In this document: in pieces, positions 53,712 to 63,994 of the stretch
Position numbering within the stretch: position 1 is the first letter of the stretch
Layout of the letters: each line of letters starts with the position of its first letter
The notes under the pieces: model-generated
What the model was told of the DNA's origin: nothing
Databases searched by the model: none
What the model saw: the letters and a program-made list of their open reading frames with translations, nothing else
Source of the DNA: Nitrosopumilaceae archaeon
GTDB lineage: Archaea > Thermoproteota > Nitrososphaeria > Nitrososphaerales > Nitrosopumilaceae
NCBI GenBank assembly: GCA_965208905.1
Contig: OZ242365.1
Span: 1,536,001 to 1,600,000 of the forward strand
DNA: 64,000 bases
Direction of reading: 5' to 3'
Position numbers and translations under genes: made by a program

Positions 53712-53882
53712 GGCTGCTACACAATTCTCTTTATTCTCACACTGCGCGCCATTATTCGTTTCTCCACACTGCTCGCATGGCCAGTAGTAGACGTTCGCAT
53801 CGGGGCACCTGTCGCATACCTGTAATACACGCGGCTCGCAGGTGGAATTGCACTTCCAACATTCTTGATTCTCCATGGTCAT
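53712..53882 (-). CDS. Small Cys-rich Zn-finger protein, C-terminus cut by IS3
   Basis: Three CxxC pairs and a shared CTTAAA promoter upstream. Confidence 0.55.
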
Positions 53883-53900
53883 GATACGTAGTGGTGACGT

Positions 53901-54095
53901 TTAAGCAGGTGGTTGGTTGTTTACCCAGCCGGTCTTGCCGACCAGACCCGTGCAGCCTACACAGTCTGTACACCTCACACAGGAGGAGCAGTCGGTACAC
54001 CACACACACCCGGAGCAATCACTACATCGTGTACAATGGTGGCAGCCATCACACCGACTGCATTTTTTGCACTTTGTGCTCTTAGACACCGACAT
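53901..54095 (-). CDS. Cys-every-third-residue peptide (14 Cys)
   Basis: (Cxx)14[13 protein letters not shown]. Paralogue of 55981..56202. Confidence 0.8.
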   Translation of the reverse strand: MSVSKSTKCKKCSRCDGCHHCTRCSDCSGCVWCTDCSSCVRCTDCVGCTGLVGKTGWVNNQPPA

Positions 54096-54199
54096 GTTAA
54101 CGTAGTGTTACCATGAGGTTTAAGCGGGGTTATGGGTATGCCGGGTACGCCACATGAAAAGAACTTGACGATGATTGGAAGCCCCATCAGGCTACATGC

Positions 54200-55543
54200 C
54201 TAAAGTAGGTGCTTTTGCATCATGGAACGCAGTTTCTCCCAATCCCACAACAAGACAGGCATCGCAGCCTCTTTGGATATCTGTATTGCCTGTGATGTGA
54301 AGCCGCCGGTGCATATCATCAGTACGGCGTTTCCGCCCTGTGTGGATGCGGCCCCTATTGTCTTGTTGACATCCGGCCCACCGCACTGATTCTGCCAGAG
54401 CTTGCACTGCACTATTAGCCGTTCCTCTCCCTTTACGGCGAGTACATCAACGCCCATGTCTGCCTTGGTTGCCCCAAGCATCTTGCCCGACCGTACATCA
54501 TATCCCTTCTGTATCGTGTAGCCGATGGCGGCCAGTGTGTTTGCGCATACAGCCTCGAATGCATACCCGTCAAACCTCCCAAGTCTCGTATCCAGATCAT
54601 TTTGCGTTATGCACAAGTCAACACCCTCGTATACGCCCCCGTTGTATGAGAATTTCTTTTTGGGCTTTGGTATGTTTTTGGGTTTTGGCAGCATCTGCGC
54701 CAGCCTCTCATACTTTAGCTTGTTGTTGCAGTGTACCGGTATGCTTATTCTTCCTATGTCTTTTTGTTCCCATGATATTGTGGCGCCGCGTTTGAGGAAT
54801 TTTATGTCGGCGTATGCATTTGGCATGGGTAGGACAACAACTCCGGTATTGTCCACCAGGTACGGCTTGTCGGCAATCACGAGTTTGCGTTCGTCATTCA
54901 GCACCAACTCATCCCCCTGCGGCCTCTCGCCGGTTCGTACGGCGGGCTCGCCGCCCGTATATTGTACATTAGGAGAGCATGTCTTGCATTGTATCTTCAT
55001 CTGTACGGGACTGCCTCCGGGTCGGCTGATTGTGATGTCATATGAGCCGGAACGAAAAGCCTCCCATGAGAATGGTGGGTTTATCAAACAGGGTGTCACG
55101 CCTAATGGATAATCACCATACAATACCGCGCAGTCCTCGTCCCCGTGAAGATACCATGTAGGCGTATTCTGCCTGTATTGTATGGCCCGTCTCCACGCCT
55201 TTACATCAGGGCCCTTCAGTCGCGTCTTGGTCCCGCCGTGCTTGATACACAGCGCCCCGAAGAGATCAACACTGCACTCGGCCGAGTCGAATGGTATGTC
55301 GAATATCATATGGCCTTCAAGATCCATTATACGTATCGAACGCGAAATGTCCAGTCTGGTATCACCCAGCGTGCCGGACTGCTGATCATCTGTGACTGTG
55401 TTGGTGGCCGGTGTTTCTGTTCTAGGCGTAACATCATTTTCCGGCCTAACCTCCGCATACATGCCGTTGCCGGCAGTCCAACCGCACAACATGCAGGTAT
55501 CACCGGTCAACTCCTCGCCGCATTCACCGCAGGTTATTGGCAT
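54200..55543 (-). CDS. Zn-ribbon protein with C-terminal Mrr-like restriction endonuclease domain
   Basis: N-terminal CxxC..CxxC and C-terminal FE..A..GY..DMGVDV..IVQCK..GGFT.QA. Confidence 0.85.
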   Translation of the reverse strand: MPITCGECGEELTGDTCMLCGWTAGNGMYAEVRPENDVTPRTETPATNTVTDDQQSGTLGDTRLDISRSIRIMDLEGHMIFDIPFDSAECSVDLFGALCIKHGGTKTRLKGPDVKAWRRAIQYRQNTPTWYLHGDEDCAVLYGDYPLGVTPCLINPPFSWEAFRSGSYDITISRPGGSPVQMKIQCKTCSPNVQYTGGEPAVRTGERPQGDELVLNDERKLVIADKPYLVDNTGVVVLPMPNAYADIKFLKRGATISWEQKDIGRISIPVHCNNKLKYERLAQMLPKPKNIPKPKKKFSYNGGVYEGVDLCITQNDLDTRLGRFDGYAFEAVCANTLAAIGYTIQKGYDVRSGKMLGATKADMGVDVLAVKGEERLIVQCKLWQNQCGGPDVNKTIGAASTQGGNAVLMICTGGFTSQAIQISKEAAMPVLLWDWEKLRSMMQKHLL

Positions 55544-55791
55544 TTTTGTTTCATCTCCGATATGTTATGGACGTGAAATGCGGGAGTATCAGTATCAGGC
55601 CACTCATCCGTTCCATCACCGTATAGTATAGAGTCATGTTTGGGTACGGGTTTCACATCGGGGCCGAATCCCCTGTTCCACGGCATGCTGTATCTTATAT
55701 CGCAGCCGTTGGGACATCGCATATTCTCCGAGCGGTGGTGCCATGTACGCGCGTTGTGGCATTGGAGGCATATCAGAAAGAATGGTTCCAT
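55534..55791 (-). CDS. Small Zn-finger protein
   Basis: CLQC..CPNGC motif. Overlaps the Mrr-like gene, with CTTAAA upstream. Confidence 0.6.
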   Translation of the reverse strand: MEPFFLICLQCHNARTWHHRSENMRCPNGCDIRYSMPWNRGFGPDVKPVPKHDSILYGDGTDEWPDTDTPAFHVHNISEMKQKCQ

Positions 55792-55980
55792 GATTGTGTA
55801 TTGTGTTGGCGATATTTAAGGGGGGTAACATGTGAACAACCCATATTGTACCTTAAATGCAATCATGCGGTGATATACAAGCCGGGCGGGGTTTTTGCAT
55901 TTCCTCGTAAAGTTCATCCGTGGCGGTGTAGCCCGGCATGCCCGCCACCTGCTTAAACGTAATGGAACCGTTTTGTTGTA

Positions 55981-56202
55981 ATGCCAAACGTAAACTGCAC
56001 GGATTGTAAGGACTGTGAGGGTTGCACGGACTGCAGGAACTGCCTTGATTGTGGGGGCTGCACGGACTGCAAGGATTGTGAGTACTGCACGGAATGTCAG
56101 GGCTGTGTAGGCTGTATTGGTTGCATCCAATGTGTGGACTGCTCCAACTGTAACGGCCTGGTCGGCAAGACCGGCTGGGTAAACAATCAGCCACCCGAAT
56201 AA
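55981..56202 (+). CDS. Cys-every-third-residue peptide (18 Cys)
   Basis: (Cxx)18[13 protein letters not shown]. Confidence 0.8.
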   Translation: MPNVNCTDCKDCEGCTDCRNCLDCGGCTDCKDCEYCTECQGCVGCIGCIQCVDCSNCNGLVGKTGWVNNQPPE

Positions 56203-56279
56203 TTTTTTTCAGTGTGATTAACGGTATATGTCGTTAATCTTGTGTAATCTATAAACGTGGTCATAAACACAACATACCA

Positions 56280-56906
56280 ATGAGAAAAATAATATCCGGA
56301 GTCCTGCTTACCGCGCTAGCACTAGTACTGGTGGCAGAACTTGACCAGGCCCATGCCGAGCTGGCCATCTGGCAGGTTGAGAACAACCCACCCGGTATTG
56401 ACCGCGGCAATGAGTGGCTGACTTTGATAAATCTGGGTGAGTCAGACACCTTTAACGGATATGGCATACAGACGACGCATGGACGTATCGCGAGTCATAT
56501 GGTTCCAACAATCACTCTGGACACATGTGAGTATCACAAGATGATCTTCCCAAGGCAGACCATAGACAACGAGGATGACACAGTAATACTGCACAAGAAT
56601 GAGACAACCATCTACGAGACACCCATCATCAAGGACACCAAAAACAATGACCGTTTCTGGACAAACCCAAATGTGGCGGCGATATGTGATGAACCATCAA
56701 AACCTGCAGAAACCACACATGAACCAGATTCCAGCACATCAGAGACGACATTGGAGCAGCGAGTGCAGGCATTGGAGGAACGTGCAGACAGGACAGATGT
56801 CACAGTTAATGCACTGACGGATAGCATCACACTACTGTGGACGGAGATTGAAAATATAACTGATGTCATAATGACTATTCTTGAATCGCTTGATATCGCG
56901 AGATAA
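56280..56906 (+). CDS. Secreted lamin-tail-like domain protein with C-terminal coiled coil
   Basis: Signal peptide (AHA), I.QVENNPPG.D..NEW..L.N motif and LEQRVQALEE coil. Confidence 0.75.
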   Translation: MRKIISGVLLTALALVLVAELDQAHAELAIWQVENNPPGIDRGNEWLTLINLGESDTFNGYGIQTTHGRIASHMVPTITLDTCEYHKMIFPRQTIDNEDDTVILHKNETTIYETPIIKDTKNNDRFWTNPNVAAICDEPSKPAETTHEPDSSTSETTLEQRVQALEERADRTDVTVNALTDSITLLWTEIENITDVIMTILESLDIAR

Positions 56907-57382
56907 TCATTTTTTGTTTTTTGAGGGGGTATTGGTTGGTCTTGAAGTCTACGCGCATCTCCTACTTCAACACACGTGGTACGCCGTCTATCTCATCCTG
57001 AGTTTTTCCATTTTTTGGCTAGTATACATTTACGATACATTAATTCGTGCTTGCCCTTGAGCGGAATTGAATATGTACATTTCCAGACAGCCTCAGCTTG
57101 TATTGTATGTTTAATTGACGGTCCCTGAGACTCGTGGTCTCGTAGTCTGCAACGGCAGACAGGATCCGGTTTTAAAGACTGGGCCTTTGAGGAGTATTGC
57201 CAGAACGTTCTATGTAGGTTTGGGTTTGACACCAAACCTTGTGACAACCTGTACCGGCCATCACGTCTCTAACATCTGGAAAGTGTACAGATGCCAAGAT
57301 GAATTTCTCCTCTCTGTTGCTACTTCAGCCTAATGTATAGTGTAGACATTGACTATTTAAGTTCTCTATGAATGGGTAACTC

Positions 57383-60223
57383 CTAGCGCAGCGTTACAGT
57401 CATAGTCCTGACATGCATTACGGCATTCTCCTTGGACTCTGTAATATCACAGGCTTGGCCGGGCGGTGATGTGAGATACACTGTATTGTGTACTGCCTCC
57501 GGCTCGTTCACCACCACCTCAAAGCCCAGGGTTATCGTATCACCGGGCTTGACCTGTACGTGTGGTATGTCCCGCACAATTATGCCTCCCGTGTCCAATG
57601 AAATTGTAGACAATCCGGAACACTTGCCGTTAGGCAGTCCGTACATCCCGACACCAAAGGCCGTTCCAGGCGGCACTGTACCGGGCGCAGTAACATATGG
57701 CTGGCCATGCTCGGGCGCCGGCCCATGAACATATCTGCCGGCTTCAGAGGATGTGGCGTTTAGTGTAATTGGCGCAGAACAATACACGCCAGTAGAACCA
57801 CAGTTGCCGGTTGCCCCATTGACGCGGGCAGTCGCGGTAAGATTCACCTGCAGTGGTGGTACGACCCATGTGAGGTTCGCCGTGCCCGCATTGCGTACCA
57901 TGCCATATGCCTCCGACTGCCAGATTGCATCAAGATCAGTTATCACATCCACATGTACTGCACCCAAACTACGACTTGTCAGGTCGCCGGCCAGTATTGT
58001 TCCATTGTACAGCGGTATTGTACGCGCTCCCGCCGAGACGCTCGACAGCGGTGAGGGCAGTGTTGACACATCATACCAGTGGCATACATTATTTCCTATG
58101 AATGCCACATATCGTACTTCGGGTAAGATTGGTATGTGTATTGCATCACCCGCCGTTATACTCATGCTGTTTGCATAGTTTGTATACGAGGAAGTCTGCC
58201 TACCCAAATGACACGGCAGGCCCAATACCATGTTTGGGTCCTCGGTTATCGATGGATTCTGTAAAGATGCATCAAAGCTATCACCATACAGCCGTACATG
58301 AATTATGCCGGTATCGACAGCAAACGGTATGGTGATGTATAATGATGAGGTTGTTACGCGCTCCGCATTTACGGGATGCCATCTATCATTCAGGTGGTCG
58401 TATACGGCGCCGCTGACATATGGCGTACCGGGCAGGTTGTATTCCGGCGGAGAGCTAATCTCTCTTAGTTTGGGTTTACCACCGTCTATGCCGGCCTGAC
58501 CCATAAAGCAGTCACCATGGCAGAGGCGCCTGTCCATACCGGCAGGTCCGGACCCGCTGGTGGTCAGTCCGTCGCCGTATCCATCCATCACTACCTGTGG
58601 CGTGTATCCCATATCTGCCAAGTCTGCGGTATTATACGTGATGGCATCTACCCAGCCATAATGTGTATGAGGATCATACAGCACACCACTTTTGTACGGT
58701 CGCAAATGAAAGTCGAACGGTCCGGTTGCATTGAATGCATTGCCGCCAAATACCTGTATTCTTTCGGTACCGCTCCCACTACCCTTTGTCGTATCGTCTA
58801 GTATGACGAAAAGGTGGTTTCCAGACGGTATTGAAGCAGGGCGGTATACATTCAGGCCGGGAGTAATAGTCATGGCGCCCGACAAATCAAGGTGTGGTGT
58901 GTTTGTGGATAAATCACATGACGCTGATACGCTGGCAGTTGTTCGTATACTATTGAGAGACCAACTTCCCGTTCCAGTTTGAACACATCTAATGTTGTTG
59001 CCACCGTTATAATATGAGCAACTGGTAGAGCCTGGTACATTGGATGGTGTAGATGGGGTTGAACCGCCCCAGCATGAGGCAGACACCCTATACCCGTTTG
59101 TTGTTGAGGGTACAGTTGGTGTGCCACACCCCCCACTTGTAGTCCTTGTGGTTGACCCGCAGGATGTTGTGCCTGTGCTACTTGAAATTAATTGGGGGGG
59201 ACTGACGGTGTTGTCATATATTTCCGTGAGTCTCGATGCTGAACATGAATATGAGAATCTGGTACTGGATGAAGTAGTTGTACCAGTTACACACATGTCA
59301 TGCTTGCGGTTATCATCGTTGTTTTCAGAATGCAGAACATAGGAGCAGCTGCTGTGTGAGTTTGGCAGTATGGACAAGTCATCATATCTGTTTTGTATTG
59401 TGTGGTCTCCTGCCCTGCTGTGCAGGGGTGAGGGTATTGTGTACGTATCTTGTACAGTACGGCTGCCCGTTCCAGACCATGAGTTGGTCTCACTGATACC
59501 ACAACTACCTGTTGACAGCCAGCCGCGGTAGTGGTCCACCTTAGTTAGATCGTTAGGCAGTGATGAGGTGTCGCTACTTGGGTCGCCAAACCCTATTACC
59601 ACATCCGACTGGCATGTAGTACATCCACGATATATGTAGTATATGGGATCACTCACTACACCAAAGTCCAACCCAACACGGTCACGCGCACTCATACTGA
59701 TGGTATACTCACCATGCGTACCTGATGACAGGCCGATGCTGTTAGTTGAACCAGTCCCCAGCCCGAATCGGGAGTCATCTACGGTTGCAAGTTGTGTGTA
59801 ATTAGCACCAAACCCACTATATGTCGGCATTGCGCCATGTTGTCGCATGACTGTTGAGCCGCCAGATGTGGAAAGCGTGCCAAATGGCTGGTCCCTGAAC
59901 GTATAATCCACGCTATTGTCCCACTGCGCATCGGTTATGACGCGTACCTTGCCTCCGCTAAAACCGGACGTCTCAATGCCCGTCTGCATTGGTGTTATAT
60001 GGTGCGTTGTTCCGTTGACCGCCGTCAGTATAAACATGCCGGCCGGTGGATTCTTTACGGCAAGATGCGCCGTCTCGCCTATTATATTGGCCGGCCTTGG
60101 CCTGTCGGGGGGCAGTATGGGGAACGTGTTACCGTTGTCCGTCAGTATGTGGAACTGCACATCACTTGCATACGATATGGGTATTACACAGAATGCAATC
60201 AAACAGAACAGTATAAGCCTCAA
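57383..60223 (-). CDS. Large secreted beta-rich surface/virion protein (946 aa)
   Basis: Signal peptide, S/T/G/C-rich, paralogous to 60220..62754. Confidence 0.75.
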   Translation of the reverse strand: MRLILFCLIAFCVIPISYASDVQFHILTDNGNTFPILPPDRPRPANIIGETAHLAVKNPPAGMFILTAVNGTTHHITPMQTGIETSGFSGGKVRVITDAQWDNSVDYTFRDQPFGTLSTSGGSTVMRQHGAMPTYSGFGANYTQLATVDDSRFGLGTGSTNSIGLSSGTHGEYTISMSARDRVGLDFGVVSDPIYYIYRGCTTCQSDVVIGFGDPSSDTSSLPNDLTKVDHYRGWLSTGSCGISETNSWSGTGSRTVQDTYTIPSPLHSRAGDHTIQNRYDDLSILPNSHSSCSYVLHSENNDDNRKHDMCVTGTTTSSSTRFSYSCSASRLTEIYDNTVSPPQLISSSTGTTSCGSTTRTTSGGCGTPTVPSTTNGYRVSASCWGGSTPSTPSNVPGSTSCSYYNGGNNIRCVQTGTGSWSLNSIRTTASVSASCDLSTNTPHLDLSGAMTITPGLNVYRPASIPSGNHLFVILDDTTKGSGSGTERIQVFGGNAFNATGPFDFHLRPYKSGVLYDPHTHYGWVDAITYNTADLADMGYTPQVVMDGYGDGLTTSGSGPAGMDRRLCHGDCFMGQAGIDGGKPKLREISSPPEYNLPGTPYVSGAVYDHLNDRWHPVNAERVTTSSLYITIPFAVDTGIIHVRLYGDSFDASLQNPSITEDPNMVLGLPCHLGRQTSSYTNYANSMSITAGDAIHIPILPEVRYVAFIGNNVCHWYDVSTLPSPLSSVSAGARTIPLYNGTILAGDLTSRSLGAVHVDVITDLDAIWQSEAYGMVRNAGTANLTWVVPPLQVNLTATARVNGATGNCGSTGVYCSAPITLNATSSEAGRYVHGPAPEHGQPYVTAPGTVPPGTAFGVGMYGLPNGKCSGLSTISLDTGGIIVRDIPHVQVKPGDTITLGFEVVVNEPEAVHNTVYLTSPPGQACDITESKENAVMHVRTMTVTLR

Positions 60224-62754
60224 TTTACCCTCACCGACAACCGCTCTATCATTGTCTCTGCATGCATGGTCTCGTCAGGTCTGCTGTTTGCATATTCTGC
60301 ATGCACGCCGCCGTAGAATGTGATTGTGGACTGCACCTTTATGAGTATGGGGGTACTGCTTGTATGCTGTATGGGGATTGTGCGATATTCCGGCGCAAAG
60401 TCCCACTCTGCATATGATACGTGCCGGCAGTCCTCGCCTACCGTTATGGGGGTCTGGGCCGCCACCAATGGCGTTAAATCACTGACCGACAGCCCGCCTA
60501 TCCTCTGGTATCCGCCGGCCACGGGCACCTCTATGTCTACAAGTACGGCATATCGTATGTCCTGCGCTGTATTGTGACGCGGCGGTGTTGTTACGGGCAT
60601 CCTGTGCCAGTCGCACGAAGTTCTCTTGGCCCCGGTATATCTGTCACCCCCTCCCGGTACCACACCATCGATTATGAGACTGCCTGAGAGCTTTAAATCA
60701 AAGTCCATCACGTGCGTGCCGCTGCCCGGCAGAACAACTTCGGTGTCCAATATGTCCATGATTAGGATATTTGATGTTGTGTATGGTCTTGCCTGTCCGT
60801 GCAGGCCGCTATCGATGGTGGTTACGTGCCGAACGCCGCCAAAACTTGCATGCGCGCCCTGCACAAAGAAGTTGTCCATGTTGTACTGTCGGAACTCATC
60901 CACGCCATGCGTCCTCATACACACCTTGCCGTACCAGGGCAGTATCGGTATGTTTATGAGCGTCCTGTCCACGCCATACTCCCCTATCAGATAATCCATC
61001 CCCAGCCACCCTGAACCGGGTGGTGGGTTCCAGCTGTGCGGTTGTGTGGTATCATCGATGAACCGTGCGCAGTCGTGTATGCTGGCTATCAGATACATCT
61101 CCTGGACGTTTATCGAGCCGGTTACGGGTATTACCCCGTATGCCTGTATTAGGTTTAGTTTGCCCGAGTCGTAGTATACCTCGTCCGTACTTGTAGGCCT
61201 TGAGGTGACAAACACATTTCCATGATTCCGGACATCCGGACCATTCAGCACCTCGCTGTTGCGGGGATCATACACTATACCAGTGGCCGGGTTCAGTGAT
61301 GGCAGGCTGCGGCCATCAAATACCGTTATGCAGTACTTGTAATCCGCCTCTCCATGCGCATCCAAGCAGTCGGCCCCCAACAGTCCGCCCGCGCCCGAAG
61401 CCCCCGACTGTCTGACGTGGGAGATTGTGGTGGTAGTGGTGTTCGGTGTGAGTTGCGGGTATGTTTGTATGTGATTCGCAATATCGTGCAGATCGGTCTC
61501 CGTATAATACCCCAGATGCGTGAACGCGTCGTGTAATACGACTACGGAGTTGCTGTCTACTACAGTACTGGCATCAACACTAAATGTGTGATCAAAGGCG
61601 GCATTTACCTGATGCGCGGTCTGCGCCATGAGTATCTGCATCTTTATGGACCCGCCCACCAGGTCTACCACTATTATGGCCTGGCGTGGGGTCTGCGCGT
61701 TCTCGTATATTGTCAGTCCGGGACGCAGTGGTAGGGAGTCGAATAGTTGCATATTTCCATCATACCACCGATATGAGTAGTTCTCCATCAGACAGCCATG
61801 GGACTGCAGACGAAAGTATGCATCATCCAATTGTATTATCTCCGTGTTGTTGTGCGCGGCGCCAGGACATGTGGTAGTATCATATGTGGTTACATCCAGG
61901 ATTGCGTTGTTGTGGCCCGGGTATGGTGTATGGGATATGGTCGGAACTGTTGTTGGCCAGTAGCGACTGGTTGTAACACCATACAACTCGCCGCAACCCG
62001 TGTAGTTTATCGAGTCTACGGTGCAGTTCCCGGAGGGCCGTGGAACGGTGGACAGTCCCAATATGTTACCCCAGTAGGGCATGACACCGATGGTGGCGCG
62101 CCCCCTATCCGTACAGTCCAGACAGATTGTGTTTATCGCATAGTGGTCATACAGGCCGTCCAAAAATATTACTGCGCGCCCACTATTTTTGAACTCGACA
62201 TATTCTTCCGTAGTACCGTTGTTGTAAAATTCATACCCTATGCTACCTGACTGTATTGTGATGTTTTCGATGCCGCTTGGCCAGTGTGGTGGCGCAGACT
62301 CCCGCAGATATAGGTGTGGTTTTGGGTATAGGCGCATCTCGCCACCCAGGGGTGCCCAGTTCGGTATGCCGTATGTCTCCCCCTCACCCCAATTGTTTAT
62401 GATGTATGTCACACCTGAACTAACTGTGTTGTATTGCGCCGCCTCGGATATCTTGTTGCCACTTGCTATGAGTCCGCCTACGCGCTGAAATTCGACGTAT
62501 GGTGAGGATACTATATCCGTGGTGGGTGTGTCATCTGCAGGTTTTATCTCAATTAGGTTGCCCCTGTCTGTCAGGGCCAAAAATTCGGGGATAGTCGGTG
62601 TCTGCGCCAGCGCGCCCGGTATCATGCATACGGCAAATACTACCAAACATGCTGCTGCAACACATCTCATAATACACAATGCTGCCGGATACGTTTTTGG
62701 ATTACACATTTTGATGTGGCTGGGCGGGGTGTTCTGTACAACGGGGTTCACCAC
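60220..62754 (-). CDS. Large secreted beta-rich surface/virion protein
   Basis: Signal peptide from the ATG at ~62670. Shares LTDxGN, PGL..Y, THxG, VYD and IPILP blocks with the downstream gene. Confidence 0.75.
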   Translation of the reverse strand: MVNPVVQNTPPSHIKMCNPKTYPAALCIMRCVAAACLVVFAVCMIPGALAQTPTIPEFLALTDRGNLIEIKPADDTPTTDIVSSPYVEFQRVGGLIASGNKISEAAQYNTVSSGVTYIINNWGEGETYGIPNWAPLGGEMRLYPKPHLYLRESAPPHWPSGIENITIQSGSIGYEFYNNGTTEEYVEFKNSGRAVIFLDGLYDHYAINTICLDCTDRGRATIGVMPYWGNILGLSTVPRPSGNCTVDSINYTGCGELYGVTTSRYWPTTVPTISHTPYPGHNNAILDVTTYDTTTCPGAAHNNTEIIQLDDAYFRLQSHGCLMENYSYRWYDGNMQLFDSLPLRPGLTIYENAQTPRQAIIVVDLVGGSIKMQILMAQTAHQVNAAFDHTFSVDASTVVDSNSVVVLHDAFTHLGYYTETDLHDIANHIQTYPQLTPNTTTTTISHVRQSGASGAGGLLGADCLDAHGEADYKYCITVFDGRSLPSLNPATGIVYDPRNSEVLNGPDVRNHGNVFVTSRPTSTDEVYYDSGKLNLIQAYGVIPVTGSINVQEMYLIASIHDCARFIDDTTQPHSWNPPPGSGWLGMDYLIGEYGVDRTLINIPILPWYGKVCMRTHGVDEFRQYNMDNFFVQGAHASFGGVRHVTTIDSGLHGQARPYTTSNILIMDILDTEVVLPGSGTHVMDFDLKLSGSLIIDGVVPGGGDRYTGAKRTSCDWHRMPVTTPPRHNTAQDIRYAVLVDIEVPVAGGYQRIGGLSVSDLTPLVAAQTPITVGEDCRHVSYAEWDFAPEYRTIPIQHTSSTPILIKVQSTITFYGGVHAEYANSRPDETMHAETMIERLSVRVN

Positions 62755-62829
62755 CTGAACTGCCTATTGTGGCGCGTGCACAAACATGTGTGGTAAGTGG
62801 AATAGGGTGATTACTGTGGTGCGTAGAAA

Positions 62830-63024
62830 CTATTCTCGGGTCGGTTCACGCTGGGCATCACGATCTTCGTACCACAGGTATAATATGCATATGCCGGATA
62901 TGCTGCCCAACAGGCTAAATATAACACCCATCACAACCCAGCCGATATCATACGTTACACCATACACTATGAGTGTAAAAATTGTTGGGACAAGCAGCAT
63001 TGCCACACCGATGCCTCGAATCAA
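62830..63024 (-). CDS. Small two-TM membrane protein
   Basis: Two hydrophobic helices and a charged tail. 4-bp overlap with the dUTPase gene. Confidence 0.6.
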   Translation of the reverse strand: MIRGIGVAMLLVPTIFTLIVYGVTYDIGWVVMGVIFSLLGSISGICILYLWYEDRDAQREPTRE

Positions 63025-63353
63025 TACCCCTCCTCCTGGCGTTTGTGGTTAATTTTGTTCTTCTTCCTGTATTCGCGTATGATGTCATCCGGTTTCATGC
63101 CGAGCGTAATGGACAGTTGTATCACAAAGTGCCACACGTCTATACATTCCTCACGTGCCAGCTGTACATCCAGTTCAGACGGCTTCTTCCACCACTTCCA
63201 GTTTGTCAGTCGCTGTAGTTCTATCAACTCATGGATTGTGGCAGTACACAGCGCGCTCACCTGGCCAGATGTGTCTTTGGGATATCTTTCCGTTGGCATT
63301 ATTTGCGCCAACTCCTCCTGCATTCGGAATAGTTCTTTGAGACTGTCTTGCAT
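63021..63353 (-). CDS. All-alpha (dimeric/MazG-fold) dUTPase
   Basis: E..EL..NWKWWKK..EECIDVWHF motif. Confidence 0.85.
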   Translation of the reverse strand: MQDSLKELFRMQEELAQIMPTERYPKDTSGQVSALCTATIHELIELQRLTNWKWWKKPSELDVQLAREECIDVWHFVIQLSITLGMKPDDIIREYRKKNKINHKRQEEGY

Positions 63354-63535
63354 GTTGTATTACATACCCATCACGTTTAAGCAGTGGGCACGAACCCATG
63401 TGTGGCCGGCGGCTTGTTGTTTACCCAGCCGGTCTTGCCGGACATGCTCTTGAAGCTCTCGCAATCAAATGAGGTGTGACGTTATCTGCGCGTTGTAATG
63501 TTATCATACACTGGCAAGCAAACGTTGAGGCATGT

Positions 63536-63994
63536 TTATGCATGGCCCCCTCTCGCATCCAACAAATATCCGCCATACCCACACTCCGGGCAACCACGCC
63601 TCCAATGATCTGAATGAACTTCATCATCATCCAGTGTGGAGAAGTCACACTTCACGCAAAACTCCGCGGCTCCAGTGGGATCATGTAACTCCACATCAAA
63701 ACCAACACCCTCAAACCAGTACGGCCATTTGAGACGTAATGCCTCCAACGTACGTCTCGCACTAATACGCTTTCCACGTTCGACAAATTCCGCTTTATTA
63801 TCGCGTATCTCCCTAGACAACGGCTCTATCCAGCGTTCAAAATCAGCCCGACCACATGATGCCGCGCTCACCCTATCTATCATCTCGCTATAGTCGGATT
63901 CTGGCGCGCTACAGCGCTTCAGTAGTCCATGTTGCTCCAACAATGATGTTATCTTCAAAACAAAACGCGCGTCCCTATCAGGATCATCAGACAT
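63536..63994 (-). CDS. Hypothetical protein with C-terminal Zn finger
   Basis: CVKC..CPECG motif. Confidence 0.6.
   Translation of the reverse strand: MSDDPDRDARFVLKITSLLEQHGLLKRCSAPESDYSEMIDRVSAASCGRADFERWIEPLSREIRDNKAEFVERGKRISARRTLEALRLKWPYWFEGVGFDVELHDPTGAAEFCVKCDFSTLDDDEVHSDHWRRGCPECGYGGYLLDARGGHA

Noticed and set aside
53901-56202. Diversity-generating retroelement (template/variable repeat pair)
   Set aside because: There is no reverse transcriptase in the window, the repeat lengths differ, and the differences are not adenine-specific.
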